In this document: positions 56,642-64,000 of the stretch, in pieces
Position numbering within the stretch: the first letter of the stretch is position 1
Layout: the number at the start of each line of letters is the position of its first letter
Assembly: GCA_963640535.1 (NCBI GenBank)
Contig: CAVHYU010000003.1
Span: 56,620 to 120,619 of the forward strand
Reading direction: 5' to 3'
From: a bacterium
Lineage (GTDB): Bacteria > Bacteroidota > Bacteroidia > Bacteroidales > UBA932
DNA length: 64,000 bases
Notes under the pieces: generated by a model
The model's input: only the letters and a program-made list of their open reading frames with translations
What the model was told of the DNA's origin: nothing
Database searches by the model: none
Position numbers and translations under genes: made by a program

Positions 56642-57640
56642 CTATTCTTCCTTGTGGAGCGCGACCCAGAGCAAGTCTTTGAGCTCCTTTATGCCCTCAC
56701 CGCTGAACGAAGATATGAAGATATGAGGCAGTCCCTCAGGAAGAGTTTTCTCAATGTCGGCCTCAAGATTGGAGTCCAGAAGGTCGGACTTTGTGATTGC
56801 GAGGACCCGCTCCTTCACCAGCAGCTCAGGGTTATATTCCCGAAGCTCGTCAAGCAGGATTTCATATCCCTTCGCTACATCCTCCTCTTCGGCCGAAACC
56901 ATAAACAGCAGGACGGAGTTTCTCTCAATATGGCGCAAGAACCTGATACCTAAGCCTTTGCCCTCGTGTGCTCCTTCAATGATGCCCGGGATGTCGGCCA
57001 TCACGAAAGACTGGTCGTCGTAGTAGCGAACCACTCCGACACTCGGTTCGAGGGTGGTGAAGGCATAGTTTGCGACCTTCGGCTTCGCTGCGGAAACGGT
57101 GGAAAGCAGAGTGGATTTTCCGGCATTCGGGAAACCTACAAGTCCCACGTCAGCAAGAAGTTTCAGTTCAAGGATGAACCAGCCCTCGCTTCCCGGCTCA
57201 CCCGGCTGGGCATATCGCGGAGTCTGATTGGTCGGGGACTTGAAATTGGCGTTTCCAAGACCGCCACGGCCACCCCGAACAAGGACGAACTCCTCGCCGG
57301 GAGTCACCATTTCGTGGATAACCTCCTCTGTTTCACCGTCTTTCGCGACAGTTCCGAGCGGAACGTCAAGATACACATCCTCTCCGGCCTTTCCGTTGCA
57401 GAGCGCGCCGCTTCCGGCCTCTCCGTGCTCGGCCCGGATGTGCTTGCGGTATTTAAGGTGAATGAGCGTCCAGAACTGCGGATTGGCCCTGAGGATTACA
57501 TTTCCTCCCCTTCCGCCGTCACCCCCGTCAGGACCGCCCTTGGGGACATATTTTTCGCGTCTAAGGTGCATCGCACCGGCGCCGCCGTTGCCGGAAGCGC
57601 AGTAAATCTTGACGTAATCTATAAAATTCGACTCTGCCAT
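56642..57640 (-). CDS. obgE: GTPase ObgE
   Basis: [37 protein letters not shown]. Confidence 0.97.
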   Translation of the reverse strand: MAESNFIDYVKIYCASGNGGAGAMHLRREKYVPKGGPDGGDGGRGGNVILRANPQFWTLIHLKYRKHIRAEHGEAGSGALCNGKAGEDVYLDVPLGTVAKDGETEEVIHEMVTPGEEFVLVRGGRGGLGNANFKSPTNQTPRYAQPGEPGSEGWFILELKLLADVGLVGFPNAGKSTLLSTVSAAKPKVANYAFTTLEPSVGVVRYYDDQSFVMADIPGIIEGAHEGKGLGIRFLRHIERNSVLLFMVSAEEEDVAKGYEILLDELREYNPELLVKERVLAITKSDLLDSNLEADIEKTLPEGLPHIFISSFSGEGIKELKDLLWVALHKEE

Positions 57641-57698
57641 AATCTTTCCTGTAAAATCAATTTTGCAAAGTTAATGATAAAAGGGGAACTTGCTCCGG

Positions 57699-57758
57699 GC
57701 CGGGCATCTTTTAATTCTGAGCCGGGCATCTTTTAATTCTGAGCCAGGCACTTTTAAT
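57699..57758. repeat. 22-bp tandem repeat (two exact copies plus one degenerate)
   Basis: GCCGGGCATCTTTTAATTCTGA at 57699 and 57721; partial copy at 57743. Confidence 0.85.
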
Positions 57759-57782
57759 GTAGAGCAGAGAAACTTCCCCCTC

Positions 57783-59111
57783 CTATAAAACCGGGATTGT
57801 TTTCTCCATCCTGGTGCCGCGAGAGCCTTTAATGAGAACAGCCGCGCCGGAGAAATCCTTTTCGTTAGCAGCGATGTATGCTGCGAGAGCGTCAGAGGTG
57901 TCGAAACAGTTCGGCGCCCCAGCGGCCTTGAATTCACTTCCCACGAAATAGGCCTGGAAGCCGCAGCGTGAGACTGCCTCAACGACATTTTTGTGCTCGG
58001 CGAGAGACTCTTTCCCAAGTTCCAGCATATCGCCCAGGAGGACAATCTTTTTCCCGGCCTCAAACCTCGCGAAATTGTCCAGCGCCGCTTTCATACTGGA
58101 AGGATTGGCATTGTAGGCATCCACAATGAGAACATTGCGGGAGGTGCGCTGCATTTGGGAACGGTTGTTCGACGGAGTGTAGGCTTCGATGGCAGCGATG
58201 GCATCAGTCTCAGGGACGCCGAAAAATTCACCCGCGCGAAGAGCTGCAAGCACATTGTCCGCGTTGTAACTTCCCACAAGGCGGGTCCGCACAAGGCTGG
58301 AGTCCGAAAGTCGGAGCGTCAGGAAAGGATGCTCCGCATCGGAGTCAAGAATCCGCGCCCCGGAAAACTCAAGGCCATAGCGCATAATCTTCACACCTTT
58401 CCCCTCCAGAGAGCGGTCTGAAGCCATTGCGCAAAGATGAGGATTGTCTGCATTCAGGAAAATGCCTCCCTTTCCCGCGCGCTCTCGGGCGATGAAGTCG
58501 TAGAGCTCACCCTTCGTGGCTTTCACGCCCTCGAACGAGCCGAAGCCCAGAATGTGGGCCTTGCCGACATTGGTGATGAGACCGTAGTCTGGAGCGCAAA
58601 TGGCGACAAGTTCATTTATGTCCCCCGGGTGGCTTGCTCCCATCTCCACTATTGCAATCTCAGTCTCAGAGGTGATGCCGAGCACGGTTAGAGGCACTCC
58701 GATGTTGTTGTTAAGGTTTCCGCAGGTGGCGTGGGTGCGGTATTTCGCCGAAAGGACGGCGTTAATCAGTTCTTTTGTGGTGGTCTTGCCGTTCGTGCCG
58801 GTAAGGCCCAGAACGGGAATGTGAAACTGGTCGCGGTGATGCCGCGCAAGCGCCCAGAGAGCCTTCAGAGTGTCTGGAACTGGGACAAGACGCTCGTTCC
58901 CGGGATTTTCCCTGACGACATCCGCACTTTCATCCACTACAGCGTATGCCGCGCCGGCCCCAAGAGCTGCAAGCGCATAAGCATTTCCGTCAAAATTTTC
59001 CCCCTTAAGAGCGAAGAAAAGCTCTCCGCCGGAGATTTTCCTGCTGTCGGTAGTAACCCGTGAGCCGCAGGAGAGGAATATGGAGTATAGGTTATCAATA
59101 TTTTCCATCAT
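57783..59111 (-). CDS. murF: UDP-N-acetylmuramoyl-tripeptide--D-Ala-D-Ala ligase
   Basis: TDSR, TGTNGKTTTKE, EMGA, DAYNANPSSM, LGDMLELG, KGSRG. Confidence 0.95.
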   Translation of the reverse strand: MMENIDNLYSIFLSCGSRVTTDSRKISGGELFFALKGENFDGNAYALAALGAGAAYAVVDESADVVRENPGNERLVPVPDTLKALWALARHHRDQFHIPVLGLTGTNGKTTTKELINAVLSAKYRTHATCGNLNNNIGVPLTVLGITSETEIAIVEMGASHPGDINELVAICAPDYGLITNVGKAHILGFGSFEGVKATKGELYDFIARERAGKGGIFLNADNPHLCAMASDRSLEGKGVKIMRYGLEFSGARILDSDAEHPFLTLRLSDSSLVRTRLVGSYNADNVLAALRAGEFFGVPETDAIAAIEAYTPSNNRSQMQRTSRNVLIVDAYNANPSSMKAALDNFARFEAGKKIVLLGDMLELGKESLAEHKNVVEAVSRCGFQAYFVGSEFKAAGAPNCFDTSDALAAYIAANEKDFSGAAVLIKGSRGTRMEKTIPVL

Positions 59112-59254
59112 CAGTCAAACAATAAAAAGCAATACGATTGCAGGGGTTAAAGAAAAAGTGGAGAACAAGGCTTGCGTTGAAGCCCAATACCGGAGCAACC
59201 TCCCGGTTGTGAGGATTTTGGCAAAACGCGTAACGCAGTAATCCGCTTAATTCT

Positions 59255-59689
59255 TTAAGCGCGTCCCGTGGAGCCGAAACCTCCCTCACCCCTCGCTGTC
59301 TCATCAAGACTTTCCGTCTCTTCCCACTCGACTCTCTCGTAGCGCGCGACAACCATCTGGGCAATTCTCTCGCCCGGATTGATGACAAACTCCTTGTCGG
59401 AAAGGTTCACCAGAATCACGCAGATCTCCCCCCTGTAGTCTGCGTCAATCGTGCCCGGAGAATTGAGCACGGTTATTCCGTGTTTGGCGGCAAGTCCGCT
59501 GCGCGGGCGAACCTGAGCTTCCGTGCCCTCCGGAAGGGCGATTCTCAATCCTGTCGGCACCATCACCCTCTGAAGCGGAGAGAGCGTAAGAGGAACTTCG
59601 ATGTTGGCTTTGAGGTCAACTCCGGCGGAGTTTTCCGTGGCGTATGCGGGGCAGGGCCAGGCCGAGCCGTTGATAATCTTGACTTTCAT
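59255..59689 (-). CDS. dut: dUTP diphosphatase
   Basis: [38 protein letters not shown]. Confidence 0.97.
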   Translation of the reverse strand: MKVKIINGSAWPCPAYATENSAGVDLKANIEVPLTLSPLQRVMVPTGLRIALPEGTEAQVRPRSGLAAKHGITVLNSPGTIDADYRGEICVILVNLSDKEFVINPGERIAQMVVARYERVEWEETESLDETARGEGGFGSTGRA

Positions 59690-59809
59690 ATTATTTAACT
59701 TGTTTTGGGGGTCCCGCAGGCAAACCGTCTAAAAAACCGATTCGACCAGGAAACCACAGTTTGTGTTAGATTCTGTAAAAACACACAAAGTTAAACAATC
59801 TTGGCCAAA

Positions 59810-59932
59810 TTACAGCAGTTCCACGTTTCTTACTTCAAGTCCGAGCTCGCTGACCATTGCGCAGACGCTTTCATAAGAGTTGTCTGAAGAAATGAAAGTG
59901 TTCATAAGACTGATGATGGAATTCGTTTTCAT
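59810..59932 (-). CDS. Small hypothetical protein, 40 aa
   Basis: Hand translation MKTNSIISLMNTFISSDNSYESVCAMVSELGLEVRNVELL*; promoter box TAATTTTG at 60013..60020 and a hairpin leader upstream. Confidence 0.5.
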   Translation of the reverse strand: MKTNSIISLMNTFISSDNSYESVCAMVSELGLEVRNVELL

Positions 59933-60019
59933 ATCTCTAAAATTTTGCAGTTCAAACATTTGCTTTCAAAGTTCCGACCTCCTCCGAGGCCACTGCCCTT
60001 TGAATTATGCTGCAAAATT

Positions 60020-60062
60020 AAAGTGAGCTTGTGCAAAACCACTGCACAAGCCCACTTTTTTT
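60020..60062. terminator. Inverted repeat, probable terminator downstream of the Na/Pi cotransporter
   Basis: AAAGTGAGCTTGTGCA...TGCACAAGCCCACTTT. Confidence 0.6.
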
Positions 60063-60164
60063 CCAATATTTTTCAAAAAACTCAGTCAAGAAGAAACTTG
60101 GTCGCCGGATTGGAATAAAAAGATGGAGCACAACGAAGCAATCCGCCTTTTAGGACAATCCGTA

Positions 60165-62021
60165 CTACTCGTCGAAGTCGCTCACACCCTTCCCTGGTTT
60201 CAAATTAACCAGCGCCTCGACAACATTAACAATGTAGTCTCCTATCTTCTCGCACTCGACGATAAGGTCCATATAAACCGAGCCGGTAGAGTACTCGTAG
60301 CGGCCCTCGTTCAAGTCGATGATATTCTGCTCCTTGAGAGAGTTGCGCATAGCATTGATGTCGGCCTCGGTGCGGAGAGTGCGGTCCAGGTCGGCGAAAT
60401 TCTGCCCGTTCTCGGAAAGAGTCTCGGCCATCTGGCGGTAAGCCGTCTCCACAAGAGAATACATCGAATTGAAATTGTTCACCATATCCTCGGTGAAAGT
60501 GATGCGGTTCTCACTCTTTCTCTGAAGGATGCGCGCCATATTGTAGTAGCTGTCGGCGATGCTCTCAATCTCGGAAATCTCACGGAGCTTGGCCTGAATC
60601 GAGTGCTTTGACTCGTCGCTCAGCCTTCCGTCGGCCACCCTGCTGAGATAGGATGCAATCTCCACCTCCATATTGTCGCTTATGTTCTCATATTTCTGAA
60701 CCCGCTGGAAAAGAGCGGAGAACTCCTCCGGAGACGAGGTGCCGCCAAACATCTGGCGAACCATATCGTGCATCCTGTAGGTGCGGTCGCTCATAAGGAT
60801 AATCTCCTTGTGAGCCTGAAGGATGGAAAGCTCTGAAGTGGACATAAGTCCGCCGCTGATAAACTCCAGGTGCGGTCTTCCGTCGTCCTCTGTCTCCTGA
60901 GTCTTTGCCTTGCGGGAAGGAATGAGAACCGTAACGGCCTTCACATAGAACTTCGTGAACCAGATCATTATGGCGATGTTGATGAGATTGAACACCGTGT
61001 GGAACATCGAAAGTCCGAAGGAAACGTAGTACTGCATATTCCCGAAACTTGCGGCAAGAGCGGCATTTTCAGGGGAGGAAGTGTCAAGCTTTCCGTCAAC
61101 GAGGGCCGCGATTGTGGCAGGGTCCTGCTCGCCGGAGTTGGCAAAAGCGTAAAGAGCATTCGGGTCTCCCGCACAACCTGTTGTAATCCAGGAGATAAGC
61201 TTCATATACGGGCTATAGAGAGCAAGTGCCCACACGGAACCCAGCACATTGAACATCAAGTGCCCCGCGGCAGCCCTTTTTGCCATAACATTTCCGGAAA
61301 CTGAAGCGATGATAGGAGTGATGCAGGTTCCGATGTTACCGCCCAGGACCAGAGCTGCGGCCAGGTCGAAGGTAATCCAGCCCTTGCTGCACATAATCAG
61401 CGCGATGGCGAAGGTGGCGCTTGAGGCCTGCACAATCATCGTCAGCAACATTCCGGCGCAGGCAAAGATGAGCACTGACCAGAAACCTTTGTCTGAGCAG
61501 CTCCTCAGAAAATCAAAGACCGCAGGATTGGACTTGAGGTCAGGCACGGAGTTGTTCAGGTAGTCAAGTCCGAGGAAGAGGAGCGCAAAACCGATGAGGA
61601 ACTCGCCCCAGTTCGTATAGACGGACTTTTTCATAAAAAGAAGCGGCACGCCGAACGCGAAAAGCGGGATGGCGAATGCCGCGATGTTGACTTTGAAGCC
61701 GAACAGGGAGATGATCCAGGCGGTGAAAGTGGTTCCGACGTTTGCGCCGAAGATGACCGCCATTGACTGCTGAAGCGAGATGAGCCCCGCATTGACGAAG
61801 GAGACAATCATTGTCGTCGTAGCCGAAGATGACTGGACGAGCGCGGTAATGAAGATACCTGTCAGTGCCCCGACAAATTTATTGTTAGTCATCAGAGCGA
61901 GAATGTCTCTCAGCTTGTTTCCGGCCGCTTTCTGCAGGCCTTCGCTCATAAGTTTCATCCCATACAGGAACATCCCCACGGAGCCTATAAGGGTAAGAAT
62001 TTCCAATAGACCGAAATTCAT
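60165..62021 (-). CDS. Na+/Pi cotransporter family protein with PhoU-like C-terminal domains
   Basis: QSSSATT, GAN-x-GTT, QASSA, GNIGT, ECEKIGDY. Confidence 0.9.
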   Translation of the reverse strand: MNFGLLEILTLIGSVGMFLYGMKLMSEGLQKAAGNKLRDILALMTNNKFVGALTGIFITALVQSSSATTTMIVSFVNAGLISLQQSMAVIFGANVGTTFTAWIISLFGFKVNIAAFAIPLFAFGVPLLFMKKSVYTNWGEFLIGFALLFLGLDYLNNSVPDLKSNPAVFDFLRSCSDKGFWSVLIFACAGMLLTMIVQASSATFAIALIMCSKGWITFDLAAALVLGGNIGTCITPIIASVSGNVMAKRAAAGHLMFNVLGSVWALALYSPYMKLISWITTGCAGDPNALYAFANSGEQDPATIAALVDGKLDTSSPENAALAASFGNMQYYVSFGLSMFHTVFNLINIAIMIWFTKFYVKAVTVLIPSRKAKTQETEDDGRPHLEFISGGLMSTSELSILQAHKEIILMSDRTYRMHDMVRQMFGGTSSPEEFSALFQRVQKYENISDNMEVEIASYLSRVADGRLSDESKHSIQAKLREISEIESIADSYYNMARILQRKSENRITFTEDMVNNFNSMYSLVETAYRQMAETLSENGQNFADLDRTLRTEADINAMRNSLKEQNIIDLNEGRYEYSTGSVYMDLIVECEKIGDYIVNVVEALVNLKPGKGVSDFDE

Positions 62022-62312
62022 ATTTTATTTTATTTCACAAGTATTTGCTTGGGGTGTAATGGAAGAATTCTTCTTTATTCACAAGTATCTCCGAGAGTGC
62101 ATATGGAAAGAATTCCTTATTACGCCGCGAATTTACAACCCAAAAATAAAACTGGCAATAAAAATTGCACAGATATTTCATAAAAGTTAAAAATTCCTTG
62201 ATTATCGGCCGCTTAGGGAATGAATTTCATCAAGCCGCGGATATATTTTTGGAAAGAAATGAAAAGTGGGTTAAATTTGCAGGATTTTATAAACCTATTA
62301 GGACAACAAACG

Positions 62313-63404
62313 ATGGCAGAAAACAACACATTGCTTGAAAAAATCCTCGGATTGAGGGAGAAATATGAGTCGCTTCAGACCCAGCTTGCAGACCCGGACG
62401 TGATTTCGGATATGAAGAGATATGTGCAGCTGAACAAGGAGTACAAGGAGCTTGCGCCCATAATCAAGGCCGGCGACGAGTACAAGAGGCTCATTGAGGC
62501 ATACGATATGGCAAAGCAGATTATCGCCGAAGAGAAAGACGAGGAACTCAGGGAGATGGCAAAGGAGGAAATCGCCTCCATCGAGCCTAAACTTCCCGAG
62601 ATGGAAGAGAAAATCAAGCTTCTGCTCATCCCTGCCGACCCTCAGGACAGCAAGAACGCCATTCTTGAAATCAGGGGCGGTGCAGGCGGTGACGAGGCGG
62701 CCATCTTTGCCGGCGACCTTTTCCGTATGTACAGCAAGTATTTCGAGCGCAGGGGCTGGAAGATGGAAATCAACAGCCAGTCCGAAGGCGCTGCGGGCGG
62801 ATTCAAGGAAATCGTCGTGAAGGTCATCGGAGAGGGAGTTTACGGAGTGCTGAAATATGAGTCCGGAGTGCACCGAGTACAGAGGGTGCCGCAGACCGAG
62901 ACTCAGGGCAGGGTTCACACCTCTGCCGCATCCGTAGCCGTTCTTCCGGAAGCTGACGAGTTCGACATCGAGCTGAATATGAACGATATACGAAAGGACA
63001 CCTTCTGTTCCTCAGGCCCAGGCGGACAGTCAGTGAACACCACCTATTCAGCCATCCGCCTCACCCACATCCCATCAGGAATCGTGGTGCAGTGCCAGGA
63101 CGAGAAATCTCAGCTCAAGAACTTCGACAAGGCTCTCGCCGAACTCCGTACAAGGCTCTATAATATGGAGTACGAGAAATACCTCAACGAGATTTCAGCA
63201 AAAAGAAAGACTATGGTTTCAACCGGAGACCGCTCCGCGAAAATCCGCACCTACAACTACCCGCAATCCCGCGTCACCGACCACCGCATCAACTTCACGA
63301 TGTACAACCTTCCGGTGTTTATGGACGGCGACATTCAGGAAATGCTTGACCAGCTGCAAATTGCAGAGAATGCCGAGAGGCTCAAAGAAGCCGGCGAGCA
63401 GTAG
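62313..63404 (+). CDS. prfA: Peptide chain release factor 1
   Basis: [23 protein letters not shown] (PxT), GPGGQ, RTYNYPQ. Start placed at MAENN; promoter box TAAATTTG at 62272. Confidence 0.96.
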   Translation: MAENNTLLEKILGLREKYESLQTQLADPDVISDMKRYVQLNKEYKELAPIIKAGDEYKRLIEAYDMAKQIIAEEKDEELREMAKEEIASIEPKLPEMEEKIKLLLIPADPQDSKNAILEIRGGAGGDEAAIFAGDLFRMYSKYFERRGWKMEINSQSEGAAGGFKEIVVKVIGEGVYGVLKYESGVHRVQRVPQTETQGRVHTSAASVAVLPEADEFDIELNMNDIRKDTFCSSGPGGQSVNTTYSAIRLTHIPSGIVVQCQDEKSQLKNFDKALAELRTRLYNMEYEKYLNEISAKRKTMVSTGDRSAKIRTYNYPQSRVTDHRINFTMYNLPVFMDGDIQEMLDQLQIAENAERLKEAGEQ

Positions 63405-63468
63405 GACGGTTCTCCACTGCAAGAGCACCGGTGAAGACTAAACAGTAAGTAATACAGAAAGAAAGACC

Positions 63469-64000
63469 TCAGGAGAGAGAGAAACTGCCGATGCGGCGAA
63501 CAGACTCTTCAAAGCCTTCGCGATCACGTGCGAGGGCTTTTATTTTGCCCCGGTAGTTGTAGATGGTCTGAACTGAATAGTGCAGGAGTGAAGCTATTTT
63601 TGTGGAGTCGCTGATGCCCAGACGAACAAGCGCGAAGATGCGCAGCTCCGGAGTGAGGCTGCCCTTTGGCGGAGTAATTTCGGCCCCCGAGTGAAGCAGG
63701 GCATTGAAATCCTCGACAAACGAAGGATAGATATTGAGAAAAATGGTGTCGAAATTCCGATAAAAATTCTCCAGGTCTTTGGATGCTGTTACGCTGTCCA
63801 CTTTCTCGGAACTCTTCATAAGGAACATACCTATATACTCCTCCTTCACCCTGTTTGACTCCAAAATCTCAGCCGACTGCGCAGAAAGACGAGAGTTAAG
63901 GGCTGAAATCTCGTCGTTGCGAGCCTTAAGAAGACGCTTCGCCCTTCTAAGACGCCGGTTCACGGCAAAAAGGAAAACAAGAACAAGCACAAGAACGAGC
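63469..64000 (-). CDS. DUF6377-domain regulator, 3' part only (begins beyond the right edge)
   Basis: TM end, KEEYIG, FD-x-IFL-x-IYP-x-F, LTPELRIFALVRLGI...LHYSVQTIYNYR. Confidence 0.75.
   Translation of the reverse strand, partial: LVLVLVLVFLFAVNRRLRRAKRLLKARNDEISALNSRLSAQSAEILESNRVKEEYIGMFLMKSSEKVDSVTASKDLENFYRNFDTIFLNIYPSFVEDFNALLHSGAEITPPKGSLTPELRIFALVRLGISDSTKIASLLHYSVQTIYNYRGKIKALARDREGFEESVRRIGSFSLS

Overview
A 64-kb chromosomal window from a Bacteroidales genome, inferred from SusC/SusD genes, TAnnTTTG promoter boxes and Bacteroidetes-type gene order. Most of it is housekeeping: ftsE, nth, cvrA, rpmE2, tRNA-Gln, glpF/glpK, apt, pmbA-like, slyD, trkA, grpE-dnaJ, purA, tRNA-Phe, priA, parAB, mltD, hpt-adk, mtgA, obgE, murF, dut, a Na/Pi cotransporter and prfA. 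The main accessory block is a ~22-kb minus-strand locus (7.0-29.4 kb). It encodes a DUF6377-type regulator, GH89, a BACON lipoprotein, SusC, SusD, an HExxH zinc-hydrolase lipoprotein, DUF4302, three paralogous fimbrillin-like lipoproteins and GH78. The three paralogs carry a lectin-like C-terminal module, and one is additionally fused to an intact SGNH esterase. An unannotated 57-aa YxxP/E-x-GFA-x-S peptide with its own promoter box lies between two of them. Non-coding highlights are four near-identical 103-bp units between the tRNA-Gln promoter and the tRNA (with a relative at ~50.1 kb), a tandem duplication of the tRNA-Gln 3' end, a perfect hairpin inserted in frame into the PriA zinc-binding region, a structured leader upstream of apt, and a 40-aa ORF behind a hairpin leader. 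I saw no CRISPR array, integrase, transposase or reverse transcriptase. All family assignments come from motif recognition by eye, not from database searches.
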